A stretch of DNA of 64,000 nt from NCBI RefSeq assembly GCF_001194135.2, contig NC_068994.1:48235005-48299004 (forward strand), written 5' to 3'. Every line of letters begins with the position of its first letter. The first letter of the stretch is position 1. A program made the translations under genes and the position numbers. This DNA is from Octopus bimaculoides (taxonomy: Eukaryota). Positions 11,402 to 24,547 of the stretch are shown piece by piece. Under the pieces are notes generated by a model, which saw nothing but the letters and a program-made list of their open reading frames with translations, did not search any database and was not told where the DNA came from.

Positions 11402-11646
11402 CAGTGTTTCTCAACCATTTAAAATCTATGGACCCCTTTGATATTTATTTTACTCGGACGGGCATTCATATGTTTAAAAAATTATATTATATTTTTGTAG
11501 TTAAATATTATTAGGAATTGTATTGAAAAATTGTTGAAATATTTTGTTTATTGTAGAAGTATAATAAATTTATTGCAGATAAATATTAGCTAGAAAATCT
11601 TATATGGACCCCTTAGGATCATGTGGACCCCCCGTTAAGAACCGTT
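11402..11646. mobile_element. hAT-like MITE
   Basis: Ends cagtgtttctcaacc ... gttaagaacc, with internal subterminal tatggacccc repeats. Confidence 0.55.
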
Positions 11647-11889
11647 CGGTTAGAATAATAATAGTTAAGGAGAGCGTTCGGTCAAAAAGAAAAAAAGAAA
11701 AAGTACAGAACGTTTGACTGAAGTAATAGTTTGGACCATTCAGTCAAGTGTACACCTCAGAGCTTTCACTTTCGTCAGAATAATAGTTTATAGTTAGTTG
11801 CTAAATAACAAAGAAAATCTATTATTGAATAAGGAAGCATGAAGTAAAAATAAGAGAAGAAAACTTTATAAGAGAAAGTAAACTGATTA

Positions 11890-11897
11890 TCACGTGA
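11890..11897 (+). promoter_or_regulatory. CLEAR-type palindromic E-box (TCACGTGA) upstream of the Rab gene
   Basis: Sequence ttaTCACGTGAcc lies about 260 bp 5' of the Rab ATG. Motif match only; function untested. Confidence 0.4.
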
Positions 11898-12154
11898 CCA
11901 AAACAAAAATGGTGTCATAGGAATGTTTTTGTGAGTTGAGCTAGCTTCGGTGTTAGGTTTATTTAGTTTTTTTATAACATATTGTTATTAACATTATTAT
12001 TATTTCGCCAAGAAAAAGTGTATATGCACGTAGAATATTAGTGCTACGTGAGAAGTAAGAAAACCAAGAGGATAGGTAGAAAAGTACGGGTTGTCGTCAG
12101 TCGCACTAACTCTTTCTGTCAAGTCGATCTGCGACTTTACTGAACACAGACACA

Positions 12155-12221
12155 ATGGAAGGTGGGGAAACAGAAGCGTACAAATCACTCGAAGCAAAAA
12201 TTGTTTTACTCGGATCGCAAG
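12155..12221 (+). CDS. Rab5-group GTPase (RabX1 / Rab22-Rab31-like), coding exon 1 of 7
   Basis: ATG at 12155 gives MEGGETEAYKSLEAKIVLLGSQ+g, followed by a GTAAGT donor at 12222 (phase 1). It joins exon 2 to form the P-loop GSQAVGKT. Confidence 0.92.
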
Positions 12222-13557
12222 GTAAGTAAATATTGTTTGGTATTTATATGTGTGTATATCTCTTTCTCTTTCTACACACACACTTTTATAAGCACAGGCA
12301 TACACACACACGCAAACATTCCACTTGCTACTTTCATCTATCTCGCATGGGGTACTTTGATAACTTTGATAAATCGAACAAATTTATATCGGTCGTTGTC
12401 ACTTTTATTTATAAATTTATTTTGCTTTTGCCAGAAAGGATTAGTGCTCTAAAAAAATCGTTTTTTTTGACAGAAGACGATGAAGATGACGAGAACAATA
12501 AAGAATGTCTGTGTCTAGAAAAAAAAAACTTGTATTGATTGTCTTTCTTTATATTTGTGTACAAAGTTTCTTTTCGTTGTTCAATACCACAATCGCATAT
12601 TAACGAGAGAACCTCTACGTTTCACTCGAATCATTAGCCAAATCTACCTCCTAATCATACCCCACCATATTAAAAAAAAGCGTACACGTAATTTTAGATA
12701 TCCCCAAAGGTGAGATGGTCACGGCTGGAATGCCTTCGATTGTAAACTCAATCAGAGCTGATGTTGAGTTAAACAACAATATAACCATTTCTCTAGAACT
12801 TCATTATTTATATAAACATTTGGTTTACTATTTTTCACATAGTAATGCTATCTTTGACAATCAAGTAAATACGTAACTATTGATTTATCTGTGTGTGTGT
12901 GTGTTTGGTGTTACAAACGTGAGCAAGAACTCTTGTATATATAAAGCAGAGAATATGTAAATGGTTATTTGCTAAAAATACTATAATGGTGTACTCGGGG
13001 GCTTACAGATTCGTTCCAAAGCACTTCTCAAACTTTGATATATGTATGTTGTGTGTGTGATTTATATCGGCTGATCCACTTTTATTGCGGAGTTTCTTGA
13101 CGTTTAGCCAGGTAGAAACGGACTCGAGGATGACAGAGAAAGAGATCGGTCCAAATAAATTATACTCTCTCTCTCTCTCCCATGATATTAAGGCAAGTAA
13201 TGGGTATGTGTGTGTTTGGAGAGAGAGAGAGACAGATAGACAGAGAGAACGCGCGCACGCTCATTTCATTGACTGAGATGAAATCAATTAAAGAAAGTTA
13301 ACTAATACTAGCGAATTGTTTTGAAAACAAAACACGATGTCAAGTATTAGTATTAAAGTAATTACACATTATCAACTTCTTTTCCATTTTGGCATGAGTT
13401 GGATGAGGCATTTATGTTCATATTCTCTAAGAATGACTGGCTTCTTAGATGGGACAGGAAATGCATATACTGTTGACGTTCCGATATTTAATTTCATTTC
13501 AAAGTTTCAGCTCAGAGCTGCGGCCATGCTGATGCACCACCGTATATATATATATAT

Positions 13558-13604
<47 letters not shown>

Positions 13605-13640
13605 CTACCCGGCGTTGCTCGGGGTTAAAATGGCATAGTT

Positions 13641-13843
13641 TTTTTTATTGTTTTATTTGTTTCGGTCATTTGACTGTGGCCATGCCGGAGCACCAACTTT
13701 AGTTGAAGAAATCGACCCCAGGATTTATTCTTTGTAAGCCAAGTACTTATTCTATCGGTGTATTTTGCAAAACGGGTAAGTTACGGGGACGTAAATACAG
13801 CAACATCGGTTGTCAAGCGATGCTGAGGATTCAAACACAGACC

Positions 13844-13883
<40 letters not shown>

Positions 13884-13965
13884 TATACACATATATACGA
13901 CAGTCTTCTTTCAGTTTCCGTGTACGAAATTCACTCACAAGGCTCTGGTGGGCCTGAGGCTATAG

Positions 13966-13966
<1 letters not shown>
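13641..13966 (-). mobile_element. SINE family A (minus, 5'-truncated)
   Basis: Reverse complement of the family-A 3' two thirds, with an internal (CA)n tract. Confidence 0.8.
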
Positions 13967-14006
<40 letters not shown>

Positions 14007-14011
<5 letters not shown>

Positions 14012-14520
14012 AAACATGGACCTTGTACAGCAGACAGGAAAGGTGCCTTGGCATTTTCCATCTCAGATGCCTCTGCAAGATCTTAGGCTTAACATGGCAC
14101 GACAAGGTCACCAATGTTGAAGTGCTGGCGCAGGCAAATCTTCAAAACATGACAGCTATCTTGTATATGCGAAGACTGAGGTGGCTGGGGGAAGTCAAAA
14201 GAATGGATGACCATCGAATCCCAAAGTAACTGTTGTATGGAGAACTGACCCAGGGCAAGAGACTAAGAGGAAGACCAAAACTGAGGTATAAGAACACTTG
14301 CAAAACTAGTTTGTCCAAGTGCGAGGTGGATGTCGGCACCTGGGAAGAGAGGGCTGAAGACAGAACAACATGGGGGACTGTGGTGAAGGAAGGAACTGCT
14401 TCGCTAGAGAGCAGCTACAGAAACAAACAAGTTGAGAAGTGTCAGCAGCGGAAGGAAAACAACAGAAATGCAGAGTGCCAAGCCATCCTCTTGGTATGCA
14501 AGTATTGTGACAGAAGCCGC
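14007..14520 (+). mobile_element. RTE-clade LINE 3' fragment
   Basis: CETWTLY...FHLRCLCKILGLTW...RRLRWLGEVKRMDDHRIPK*LLYGELTQGKRLRGRPKLRYK, the typical RTE C-terminus, with an internal stop. Confidence 0.88.
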
Positions 14521-15529
14521 AAGAAAAGGAGCCCCTACATCGGTTTATCGATTTTGATGAAACTTGACACGTGAGTAGAACTCATGTCTGGAAACCTTGT
14601 GATGTACTTAGATTGTTGAAAAAAATCAATAATAGGGCCCCTAGAAGGGATCCTTATATCTACTACATATAACTAATATTTTTGGTGGTCGTGGTGGTCA
14701 CCAAGGAGGAGGCAGCAGCTGCTGTGGTGGCAGTGGTGGTGTATTCGATCTGCACACAAATTGTCTTTCCAGCTTTCAGATGTACAAGTGAGTCTATGAC
14801 CCAAAGATATCTTCATTTGCAAAAATGCAAAGAGCAATGCATGTTGCTGTTTATATGTATCATAGCAGTGATGTGTGGAAACAGTCAAAATATCAAAACT
14901 ATAAATACATTAAATTTACTAAGCAAAAATATTTGGAAGAATGCTCAAATTACTAAAATTATTATTAAAAATAGAAATTAACTACAATTAATGAGCGGTT
15001 GTAATATTTACATGGATAAATATCTTACAATTAAGTGTTTTTGTTTCTTGCAAATGCTTCCATCATGGGAAAAGGTTAGTAGAAGTTGAAGGAATAGGTG
15101 TTTTAGTAAGCGGTATGACAAGTCGTTTGTGGATATAAACAGGGTAACAGTCAATCATTACTTTTGACACAAATTTCATATTTTCAGAACAGAAGCATAA
15201 ATAAATGTGTGTGTGTGTGGCTGTCAAGATTGTAGAAGATATAGTACAAATACAAATAGAGAACAGAATGGTCTCTTTGTACATCTTTCCTCTTCTTTTG
15301 TTTCTCTATAAGGGCCTATAAAATTCAGTGACCTTAATACAAAAAGGTCTCTTGCAACTATGATCAGCCTGCTGAGTTTGTGAAAGAGTTTACAGCTTTT
15401 CTCAAATGACATATCTTCAAATTTCACTTGAAAGAATTTTTATGTTATTTCAGTAGTGCTCTAGTAGAATAATTACTGACCATAAAAGACATTAATAGGA
15501 ATGCATTTGTTTTACATCCATTTGCTATC

Positions 15530-16480
15530 TCATTTATAATATCAGTGTACCACTGATTTGGCAGCATGATAGGATGTCTATAGTGGATATCATGTCCTTT
15601 CACTTGATCTTACAGACTTTGAAGATGAAAACTGTCCTATTGTTCTTAGTGTCTGTAACACAAGGTCCATAACTGTGCACGATACAATAGCATAGTTAGT
15701 ACCATTACTTTATATTTTTGTATTTTCATTGACAGGAAATATCTAAGTCATTTCAAAGCCAATTGGTCAGTCTGCCAAAACAACACTTGTTTTACTAATC
15801 TTCAAGGAGACTGAACATACCACTCTACAAGTAGATAAAATCCTCCACCTATTTTAGTACACTTTTGTTGGCAGTGATTTCTGGATTACTCAGGAAGCAA
15901 CTAGATCTGAGTTCAGTCCTCTTCATGCCGATTGTAACACCAAAGTTCCTTGCGGCAACCTGTGATTCTTTGAATATCTTCAAGTTTATGGACAAGAGTA
16001 GTCATCTGCAAAGAACAGCTTACAAGCATTTCTGATATTTTTTATTTAAGCGCGAATTGTTGCCATCAGTTTGAAATTGAACGTTGCAGTTAATTGTTGT
16101 ATCTTTGAAACTTGTGTCAAGCATAGCTGAGAAGTAAATGCTGAACAATGTTGTATCCTTGCCCCAACATTGCTTGACACCATTTGTATGAATGAGAATT
16201 CAACTATGGTTCCATTTCCAGTAATACTTGCTCATGTCCCATGGTGAAAAGATCCAATGATATCCACAAAATCAGGAGGACAGTCATTCTTGGTGGGAAC
16301 TTTCCTCAACCCCTCATAATGACACTATCAAATGCCTTAGTAAGATCAATGAAAACCATGAAGAGATCAAGGCTTCACTATCTTACATATTTCTAAAGTT
16401 GGCAAAGACTGAAAACCATATCAGTTGTACTTCGTCTGGCACAAAAGCCTCACTAACTTTCTGAGATGGGGACTTGTTTG
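15530..16480 (-). mobile_element. degenerate RTE-clade LINE reverse-transcriptase fragment
   Basis: Minus-strand DLFMVFIDLTKAFDSV (about 16321-16368) and KLFFADDY (about 15999-16022), with many disruptions. Confidence 0.8.
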
Positions 16481-17782
16481 AAAAATGTTCATTGAGATAC
16501 TTCTGGAGCATCTTGGCAATAACTTAAGACTTCATTTAGATCAAGGGTGGGGAACCCCCTGCCGCGGGCACAATTGCGTCCATGAGCCCATTTTATTGTA
16601 CCCGCAGGCTGGTATACTTGTCTGTACAAAATATAGTCAATTTTTCAATTATAAAATTTATACAATACTCGTATGCCTCTTTGCAACATCGGTCACATTT
16701 CCACTATGACTTAAAACAGTTAGACTCAAACAGAAAATTGTCCAGCAATTGCCATTTCCATGAAAATTTTGTTTTCACTATAAAACACATATATTTCTCC
16801 CCAATGATGTGGTCCCTGTAGTTCACTACCTTGCAATTTAGTACATTTCATGCCCTTGATCTGCATGCTGCAAAACATGTGCAAACCTCTGCTTTCTGCT
16901 TTTTTTAATTTTTATTACTAAGTATATCTAACATTTGACTGTTCTAGTTATCTGATATTTCCTCCTTTCTTCAAGTCTTTTCAGACTGACTCATAGATTT
17001 GTGACTATATATGGTACTATACCACCATCATGTCACCTATCTGACCGAAACCCTGTAGCAGTCACATATCTGGTGCGTAGGTTGTCTGCTGGGAGATTCA
17101 GATCAAATATGTGTCTGCTATATCAAACATGTTCCAAAGAAACCGGATTATATAAATAATATGTGTGTGTGTGTGTGTTAATTCTTATGGCTTTTGTTTA
17201 CTGTTTTGGGGAAGAGAGAAGTAATCTGGTTTGTCTGGCATTGGTTTGATACAGTGCCATTTTGATATTTAAATAGCTAACAGGATGTTATTCAGCTATA
17301 TGTATATGCCATAACAAACAGGTCTCCCTTCTTCCATTTGTTTCATACTTTGAAGAAGTATTTGACCCAACATTTATCAAAATTAAATAAGGAAAAGCAT
17401 TTAAATTTTTCTCTGTGTATATGATTAGTATATGAATGTATTTGAAGTTATTTTCAGACTCCTATTATAATCACTAGCATGCATCTGAATGACATTGTGT
17501 TTGATTTGTAACTATGCATGTGTGGATATATTTCTTTACGTACATGGTCAGTATTTGATTATATTTTGCACTACTGGCTATTGTCTTTCTCTTACTGTTG
17601 TCAGTATGCCAATATGTTTTGGGACTACTAATTATTAGTTCAACATATGTGAGCAGTATTACAATGTAATTATCATAGCCACTAATATCTGAAAAATATT
17701 GTATGTCTATGTAACTATATGCTTGTGGTTGTATCTCTGTTGCATGTATGTAAATATGCAGCTATATATATGTATGTATGCA

Positions 17783-17823
<41 letters not shown>

Positions 17824-17828
17824 ATATA

Positions 17829-18218
17829 GATGCAGGTGTGGCCGTGTGGTAAGAAGCTTGCTTCCCAACCACATGGTTGTGGATTCAGTTCCATTGTGTA
17901 GAACCTTAGACAAATACCTTCTACTGTGGTCTCGGGCCAGCCAAAACCTTGAGTGAATTTGGTAGATGGAAACTGAAAGAAGCTTGTCATGTGTTTGTGT
18001 CTTTGTGTCCGTGTTTGTACCCCCCCCCCCAATCACCGCTAGACAATTGGTGTTGGTGTGTTTACATCCCCATAACTTAGTGGTTCAGCAAAAGAGACCG
18101 ATGGAATAAGTACCACGTTCTAAAAAATAAGTGTTGGGGGTTGATTCATTCAACTAAAAAATTCTTCAAGGGTGGTGCTTCAGCATGGCCACAATCTAAT
18201 GATTGAAACAAATAAAAG
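17829..18218 (+). mobile_element. SINE family A
   Basis: Full head-to-tail match with the other copies; ends ggccacaatctaatgattgaaacaaataaaaga. Confidence 0.82.
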
Positions 18219-19508
18219 ATGTGTGTGTGTGTGTGTGTTTATGTGCATATAGATGTGTATGTATATGTGTGCGTGAAAAGGGGAAACATTCTATGTTTGT
18301 CAGTTTTGCAGAAAGTAAAGATGTTGAAGAAAACTCAGCAGCAAGTTTTTTGCAGCTGAAGAGTTTGACCTTAAGAAACAGAAGGACAAACTGTCGAAAA
18401 TCTATGCTGCAAATGATTAACAAATGTAAATACAAAATAGAAAATCATAACATAGAGTAAAAATTGAAGATCATGATTGTGTGTTGTAAGAATCCATTTA
18501 TCAGTATCAATGGGAACATATATTGTTTAAGGGACTACTGATCATGAAGCCAGTTAAATATTGAAGGTAATCATGTATATTGACAAGGCTTCTTATACAA
18601 ATTTAAGTCAAAGCATAGTTATAAATATTTAAAGAGTTGTGGTGATATGATATCTACTGATTGATTGTAGAGCAACTGAGAAATTTATTAATGTATTGGC
18701 AAACATCATCACTGATAAAAATTTTAATACCAGATGAAGTATACAATGGTGACAAAACATCATTGTTCTGGTGTTATTGTGGCAGGAAAGCATTCACTAC
18801 AGCTGATACACACATGCATGCACACATTTATATATGTGTGTGTGTGTCTATATATAACGTGGATTGTTTGTATGTCTGCTTTGCATTCAGAAGCTACAAA
18901 ACTAACACCTACCAGACCATGTATAGTATTTATTATCTTACAAGGAAGATTTGTGTAATGTTTATTTTGAGAAATAGCAGCCAAATCGCTCTCAAACCAC
19001 ACCTGATCTTCAGTGAATAAAGATGGGAAAAGGAAGGACATAGAATTGGAGTTGTATCAGCAATTAGCTAAAACAGATGAAGTTGCAAAAGAGTAAATAA
19101 AAATAGATTCAAAAATACATTTCTCTTGATATCAGATTCTGTTTTTCTTCCTACTTTGATCTCTCTTTAATTTTTTCTCTCTTTCTATCATTCTCTCTCT
19201 CTCTTCTCTCTTAGTCTCTCTTCCCTCTCTGTCTCACTCTCTCTGGTATAGTAGAATAGAGAGATATAATGAACAAGAACCACATACAAAGAGACAGACA
19301 TAATTAGAGCGACAGCAGGGAAAATGGTTTTGTTTAGATTTTTATCACTATCTTCTATGGCAGCTTCTGTAAACAATCATTGGGTTTCAACATTTTTTAA
19401 GTTCTAGAAATAGTAGCCAAATCCTAATGGTCAATATGTGTTCATAGGTTTGTACAAAGCAATGTTATCTCAGCCTGATGGAAATGGCTGATGAATCTCA
19501 TTGAAATC

Positions 19509-19660
19509 TCAGGTATGGCTGTGTGGTAAGCAGTTTGCTTCCCAACCACATGATTCTCAGTTCAGTCCCACTGCTGGGCAAGTGTCTTCTACTATAGCCT
19601 CAGGAGTGGATTTGGTAAATGGAAACTGAAAGAAACCTGTCGTGTATATATATGTATGTA
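19509..19660 (+). mobile_element. SINE family A (5' half)
   Basis: ggctgtgtggtaagcagtttgcttcccaaccacatg...gaaactgaaagaaacctgtcg followed by (TA)n. Confidence 0.75.
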
Positions 19661-19906
19661 TGTACTAGACCAGTTGTTCCCAAACTTTTTAGAGACATGA
19701 CCTACTATTTATGACACCAGTTTATGGCGACTCACTTAACTCTACTGGGTAAAAACATTAATGAAAGAAACAAATTTACTCATATCCCATTCCCAAGAAG
19801 TAAAATAGGACACATTACAGCATGTTTCCAAAGATCAAGTATTATCCCTATAAGAGAGAGAGAGAGAGAGAGATATTTTAATTACCAATTATTTTTCTAC
19901 TTTCAG

Positions 19907-20003
19907 CTGTAGGAAAAACCAGTCTTATCATTCGTTATGTTGGCGGCATATTCAGCAAGCACGTCAGTCCAACGATAGGGGCCTCATTTTTCACACATAA
20001 GTT
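19907..20003 (+). CDS. Rab GTPase exon 2
   Basis: Acceptor tttcAG. Encodes (A)VGKTSLIIRYVGGIFSKHVSPTIGASFFTHK(L), containing the G1 end and the switch I/RabF1 motif IGASF. Donor GTAAGT. Confidence 0.96.
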
Positions 20004-20452
20004 GTAAGTTATTTTTTGGATTCTCTACTTTTTCACATTTGTTAATGTTTACATTGGTGTTGTTATTTTCTTTTACTTCTTTTCTTACTTTAGTATTGTG
20101 GTGTGTGATTAATATTGTAAGAACCAAGTTTTACAAATGAAATGACAATTGTAATATATATATATATATAATTAATTACTAAAAATCAATACCACACTTT
20201 CTAATTCATTGTTAATTCATAGAGAGGAAGTTCAGCAAAAACAGCATTTACAGCTGATCAGACAATGAAATGTTGGCTTTCCTGTGTTGCTTACCATCAG
20301 CTCTTGTCCTGTGATGCATTTTTTAATGACTTAGTCAGAGGAAGAAAGGAAACACTCTGTGACCTTTTGAAGGACATTTCAGACTGGTGGTGGGAAAAGT
20401 GGGGAAGAAACCATGCGATAGGCATTGCTGATTTGTTGAGGATTTCACTTAG

Positions 20453-20720
20453 CAATCACATGGTTTCTGTTTCAGTCCCACTGCATGGCACCTTGAACAA
20501 GTGTCTTCTACTATAGCTCTGGGCCAACCAATACTTTGCCTTGTGAGTGAATTTGATAGACAGAAACTGTGTGGAAGCTTGTCATGTATAAGTGTGTGTT
20601 TGTGTCTGTCCAACCTCCTTGTATTGCTTGACTGTTTGGTGTTGGTTTGTTTATGTCCCTGTAACATATAGGTTCAGCAAAAGAGACCAATAGAATAAGT
20701 ACCACACTTTACAGAATAAA
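20453..20720 (+). mobile_element. SINE family A (partial)
   Basis: ttcagtcccactgcatggcaccttgaacaagtgtcttctactatagc...aaaagagaccaatagaataagtacc. Confidence 0.75.
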
Positions 20721-21512
20721 TACTGAAATAATTTGAAATTCTTCTTTGGTAATTGATACCTGCCTTGTAGTGATCTGATTCAAAAAGGTTCACTGTCTTA
20801 TTGTTATGCTGTATTGCTTCTTAAATAGTTTATAGAAATGGCTTCTTGCTTAATGACTTGCCAGATTCCTTTTTTTTTTTCTGCAAAGGGAGTCACTTTT
20901 CTTGATATCATCTTATATAGACATATACCACACACACCATAGCTCATCTTCTCTACCTTTGGCACATTGAAGGCAAATCAAGCGCTTTAAGTCTAGCCAC
21001 ACATGTATGCAAGCATTGATCCTGTTTCAGCCTACATCTTTGCAAGGATTACCACATTGTGCAGTTTAGTGAGAAAATTAAGTTTGATTGCAATCTAAAC
21101 AGAGATAAGGATTCACAGATACAAGTGTGTGCAGATAAACAACTGAATGCTATGTATCCTCAGATGAGAGAGAAATTTTCCTCTGGCCAGAATATAATTC
21201 AATCCTTCACTGGCTTCAGTCGTTGGACAAACTTGAAAACTAGTGTTGATTTTATGGACTTCTTTTTTTTTACCTAAAGTCACTGCTTTACTCACATAAC
21301 ACCATCAACTAAACAAATAAAAGGGTTCTGTTATCCTGAGCCAAACAGGTTCTGAACCTTTGTTAAAGTCATCATTTGTCTTTTTTTATATTTCATGTTA
21401 TATTTTATTCTAATTCCAACAATTTTTTGCTGTATTTTTCTTTGCATTTTTCTTTTATTATTTTTTATTAATTAATTTACTAATTAGTTAATTTTAATTA
21501 TGCATTTTGTAG

Positions 21513-21582
21513 GACTCTGGACAAATATAGAATTAAGCTACAAGTTTGGGATACTGCCGGACAGGAACGATTTCGCTCCATG
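21513..21582 (+). CDS. Rab GTPase exon 3
   Basis: Acceptor ttttgtAG. Encodes TLDKYRIKLQVWDTAGQERFRSM (G3 WDTAGQE, RabF2/F3). Donor GTAAAA, phase 0. Confidence 0.97.
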
Positions 21583-23049
21583 GTAAAATTTTCTTATCCT
21601 TATCAATGCATGTGTGTATTGAGTCCTCTTTTCATGTATATCCCTTCCTCACTTCACCACAACACTATACAATTTCAGCTAAATGTACTACGTTCTTTAG
21701 CTGTTTAGCGAGTTTTTAGCCCACTAATTTAATATAATGTTCGGTCATCCTTCTTTAGCTGTAGGAATTAATCCAGTGAGGAACAACAGCAACTCGTATG
21801 AGTTTTCGAAGACTTCATGTACATGGAGTGTTTATTCCGATCCGGAATGAGAGCATTTTGCACAGCTTGTATATTAACATTCAACAGAACAGAATGGAAG
21901 TTGAATAAGAAAAGGCTTTTGCCATGCCGCCTTCCATGAATGGTATAGAGGATTTAACAAAATTCAAATCAACGCAGAGTTGTCCCGTAGCAGGAACAGA
22001 GATGTATAAGACGTAGTTAGCTGCAGGCCACGTGGGAGAGGAGAAGAGGATGTTACTTGGCTGTGCGCGTCTTTTTAATGTCTGTCTAAAGAGTGCCATC
22101 TAGTTGTTAACGATGTGACAGGGGAGATAACTCTAGATGACTCTCATTAAAACCTGACGACACTGGATTCAAATAAGGTTGCCTACAGCTGCAACCTGCT
22201 CCCTCAAAGTATGGGATCTTGTGCATCATCATTATCGTTTAACATCCATTATCCATGCTGGCATGAGTTGGACGCTTTGACCAGAGCTGGCAAGCTAGGG
22301 AGCTGCACAAGATTCCAATCTTCCAGTAGATAGATATTCTGGATAGGATGCAGGGATGGCTCCAGACTGGAGATGCAATGTAAGTAAGGTAGTTTGATTG
22401 GCATGCCTCGAAAAACATGTAAAAATTATAATAATTCATACAGTTGCTCCTCTTCTCTCTCATCCATATATCATCCCAGTCTCTGTTTCACTTATTTTAC
22501 GCACCCCTCAATCTATCTACCAACTTTGATTGTGTATCTGCCTATCTGTTTGTCCATCTAACCACCAACCGACTAACCAACTTATTCTCTCCACCCACCA
22601 ATACCACTCAGCTGGTTTACCAAGCTTTCTATTCATAGAAATAAACTTAGAGTTGACTCATGCTGAACTTAGCTCAAATATTTTCTCCCTTTCCTTCTTT
22701 TCTCAAGCAGAGTACCTTAAATTAAACCTTTAATTGCCCTCTTCTTTCACTTGAATCTAAACCATAAGCTAATACTTGCTGTCTCTTGAATTTTTGTTTT
22801 TACTAACAACACTTCAACTGATCCTTTTGCAAACTTTTACACAGATTCCTTTAAAACCCTAAAGCTGACTCCTTCCAAGTTACTCTTTGTTTGAACTTTA
22901 CAGTAACTCCTTTTTTTTTAATCCTGGATTGAACCCCGTGTGTTTAATTTCAAATTAGCTCCTTCCTTGTCTTGGACAGTAAGTTGATTTTTTGTGTTGA
23001 ACATGAAGACCTGAAGCTAATCTCTTGTATTGAAACTCTTCTTCCACAG

Positions 23050-23143
23050 GCCCCTATGTATTATAGAAAGGCTAATGCTGCATTACTGATGTATGATATC
23101 ACATGTAAAGATAGCTATTATGAAATCAAGGACTGGGTCAAAG
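23050..23143 (+). CDS. Rab GTPase exon 4
   Basis: Acceptor cttccacAG. Encodes APMYYRKANAALLMYDITCKDSYYEIKDWVK (RabF4/F5). Donor GTAAGA. Confidence 0.96.
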
Positions 23144-23849
23144 GTAAGACACAAACCTTTTATAATTTGTGTGTGAGTAGGTGTTTAATTTTAGATTTTA
23201 GTTAATTTTGTAAAATTGCATTTTTATCCCTTTGCATTTTAAATTGAAACCTGCCAGTGTTGAATTTGCTTTCATCCATCTTTGTGGGGTGAAGTGAGTT
23301 GAGGTTTGGTAAGATAAAAGATTGAACTACCAGTGTTAGATATACTATGTCTGAAAACAAATAAAAAAAGATAAGAGGGGTCCTGACTATAATATGGTTG
23401 GTCATAAGCCTGCTTGATCAGAGCTGATCTGTAGCTAAACAACCTGGATAAAAATATGTGCCAACAAAGGAACTGCTATGCAGATGCATGACATATGGGA
23501 AATAGCAACCAAATCTCCCTCAGATCACACCATATTATCTTTATGAAGGAAAGACACATTAAGTAATGTTGTTCTTGGTATACAAAGTTTAGAAAGATGG
23601 GGTGGTCTGCTGAATAAGGGATGAACTGAGGCTAAAGAGTAAGAATAACCAAAGACTTTTGATAGAAAACATTGTTCCAAAAATGTATATTAAATGTCTA
23701 AATTTGTGCAAAGTGGAGAAATGATTTAATGAGATTAATAACAAACAAAGAATAAAGGAATTATAGAAAAAAAACATCTATACAGCTATGTATTAATGGT
23801 TTATATTTGATTGTAACTCTTGACTTTTTTTTTTACCTTTTATTTTCAG

Positions 23850-23879
23850 AGTTGAATAAAAATGTTGATACACCTATAG
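23850..23879 (+). CDS. Rab GTPase exon 5 (30-nt micro-exon)
   Basis: Long polypyrimidine tract plus tttcAG. Encodes (E)LNKNVDTPI. Donor GTAAGT. It keeps frame between exons 4 and 6 and supplies the expected residues between 'WVK' and 'VLCLLGNK'. Confidence 0.9.
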
Positions 23880-24421
23880 GTAAGTACTAAGCGTATCGTT
23901 GACGCATTCCTTTTATGCTTTTTTGTATAATGTTTTGTTGGAGTATTTAAGATATTGGCAGGCTTATATTGTTAGAAGTTCAGGTATTGACATGTTCATT
24001 GATATTCCATTCAGGTGGATTTATTTTAGGTGTAACATACAAAGGGGAGCATTTTGAAATACCTTGCTGGAAAGTGTGGAGTTACAGTGAATGAATGGTT
24101 AAGGTGTGTTGATATTGTAATTCCTTTCATTGGACATTACATGGGGATGCATCACAGGTGCTATCCATGGCAAGAAAACATCTTAAGACATGAGTAGAAT
24201 ATCTTATTACATGTGAATTCACCTGTGACATGGGGATTGCTTAGTAGTCCCACAGGTACAACTTGTATGATAAAGACACGCTACATAGTATTGGGAATAC
24301 CCTGTACCGTTGGAATCCTTATTGCATAAAAATCCATATTTAAACATGCTAATTTCCTTACTTTTCTTCTTCTACCTCTATATATTTCCTTATTACTTTT
24401 TCATTCTTCTTCTCCTTGCAG

Positions 24422-24547
24422 TGCTGTGCCTTCTTGGGAACAAACAGGATCTGGAACACCAAAGAAGAGTATCCTCGGCGGAAGCCCAACAATATGCCAA
24501 ATCCATTGGAGCATACTTCTTTGAGACATCAGCATTATTTAATACAG
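24422..24547 (+). CDS. Rab GTPase exon 6
   Basis: Acceptor ccttgcAG. Encodes (V)LCLLGNKQDLEHQRRVSSAEAQQYAKSIGAYFFETSALFNT (G4 NKQD, G5 ETSAL). Donor GTACAC. Confidence 0.95.
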
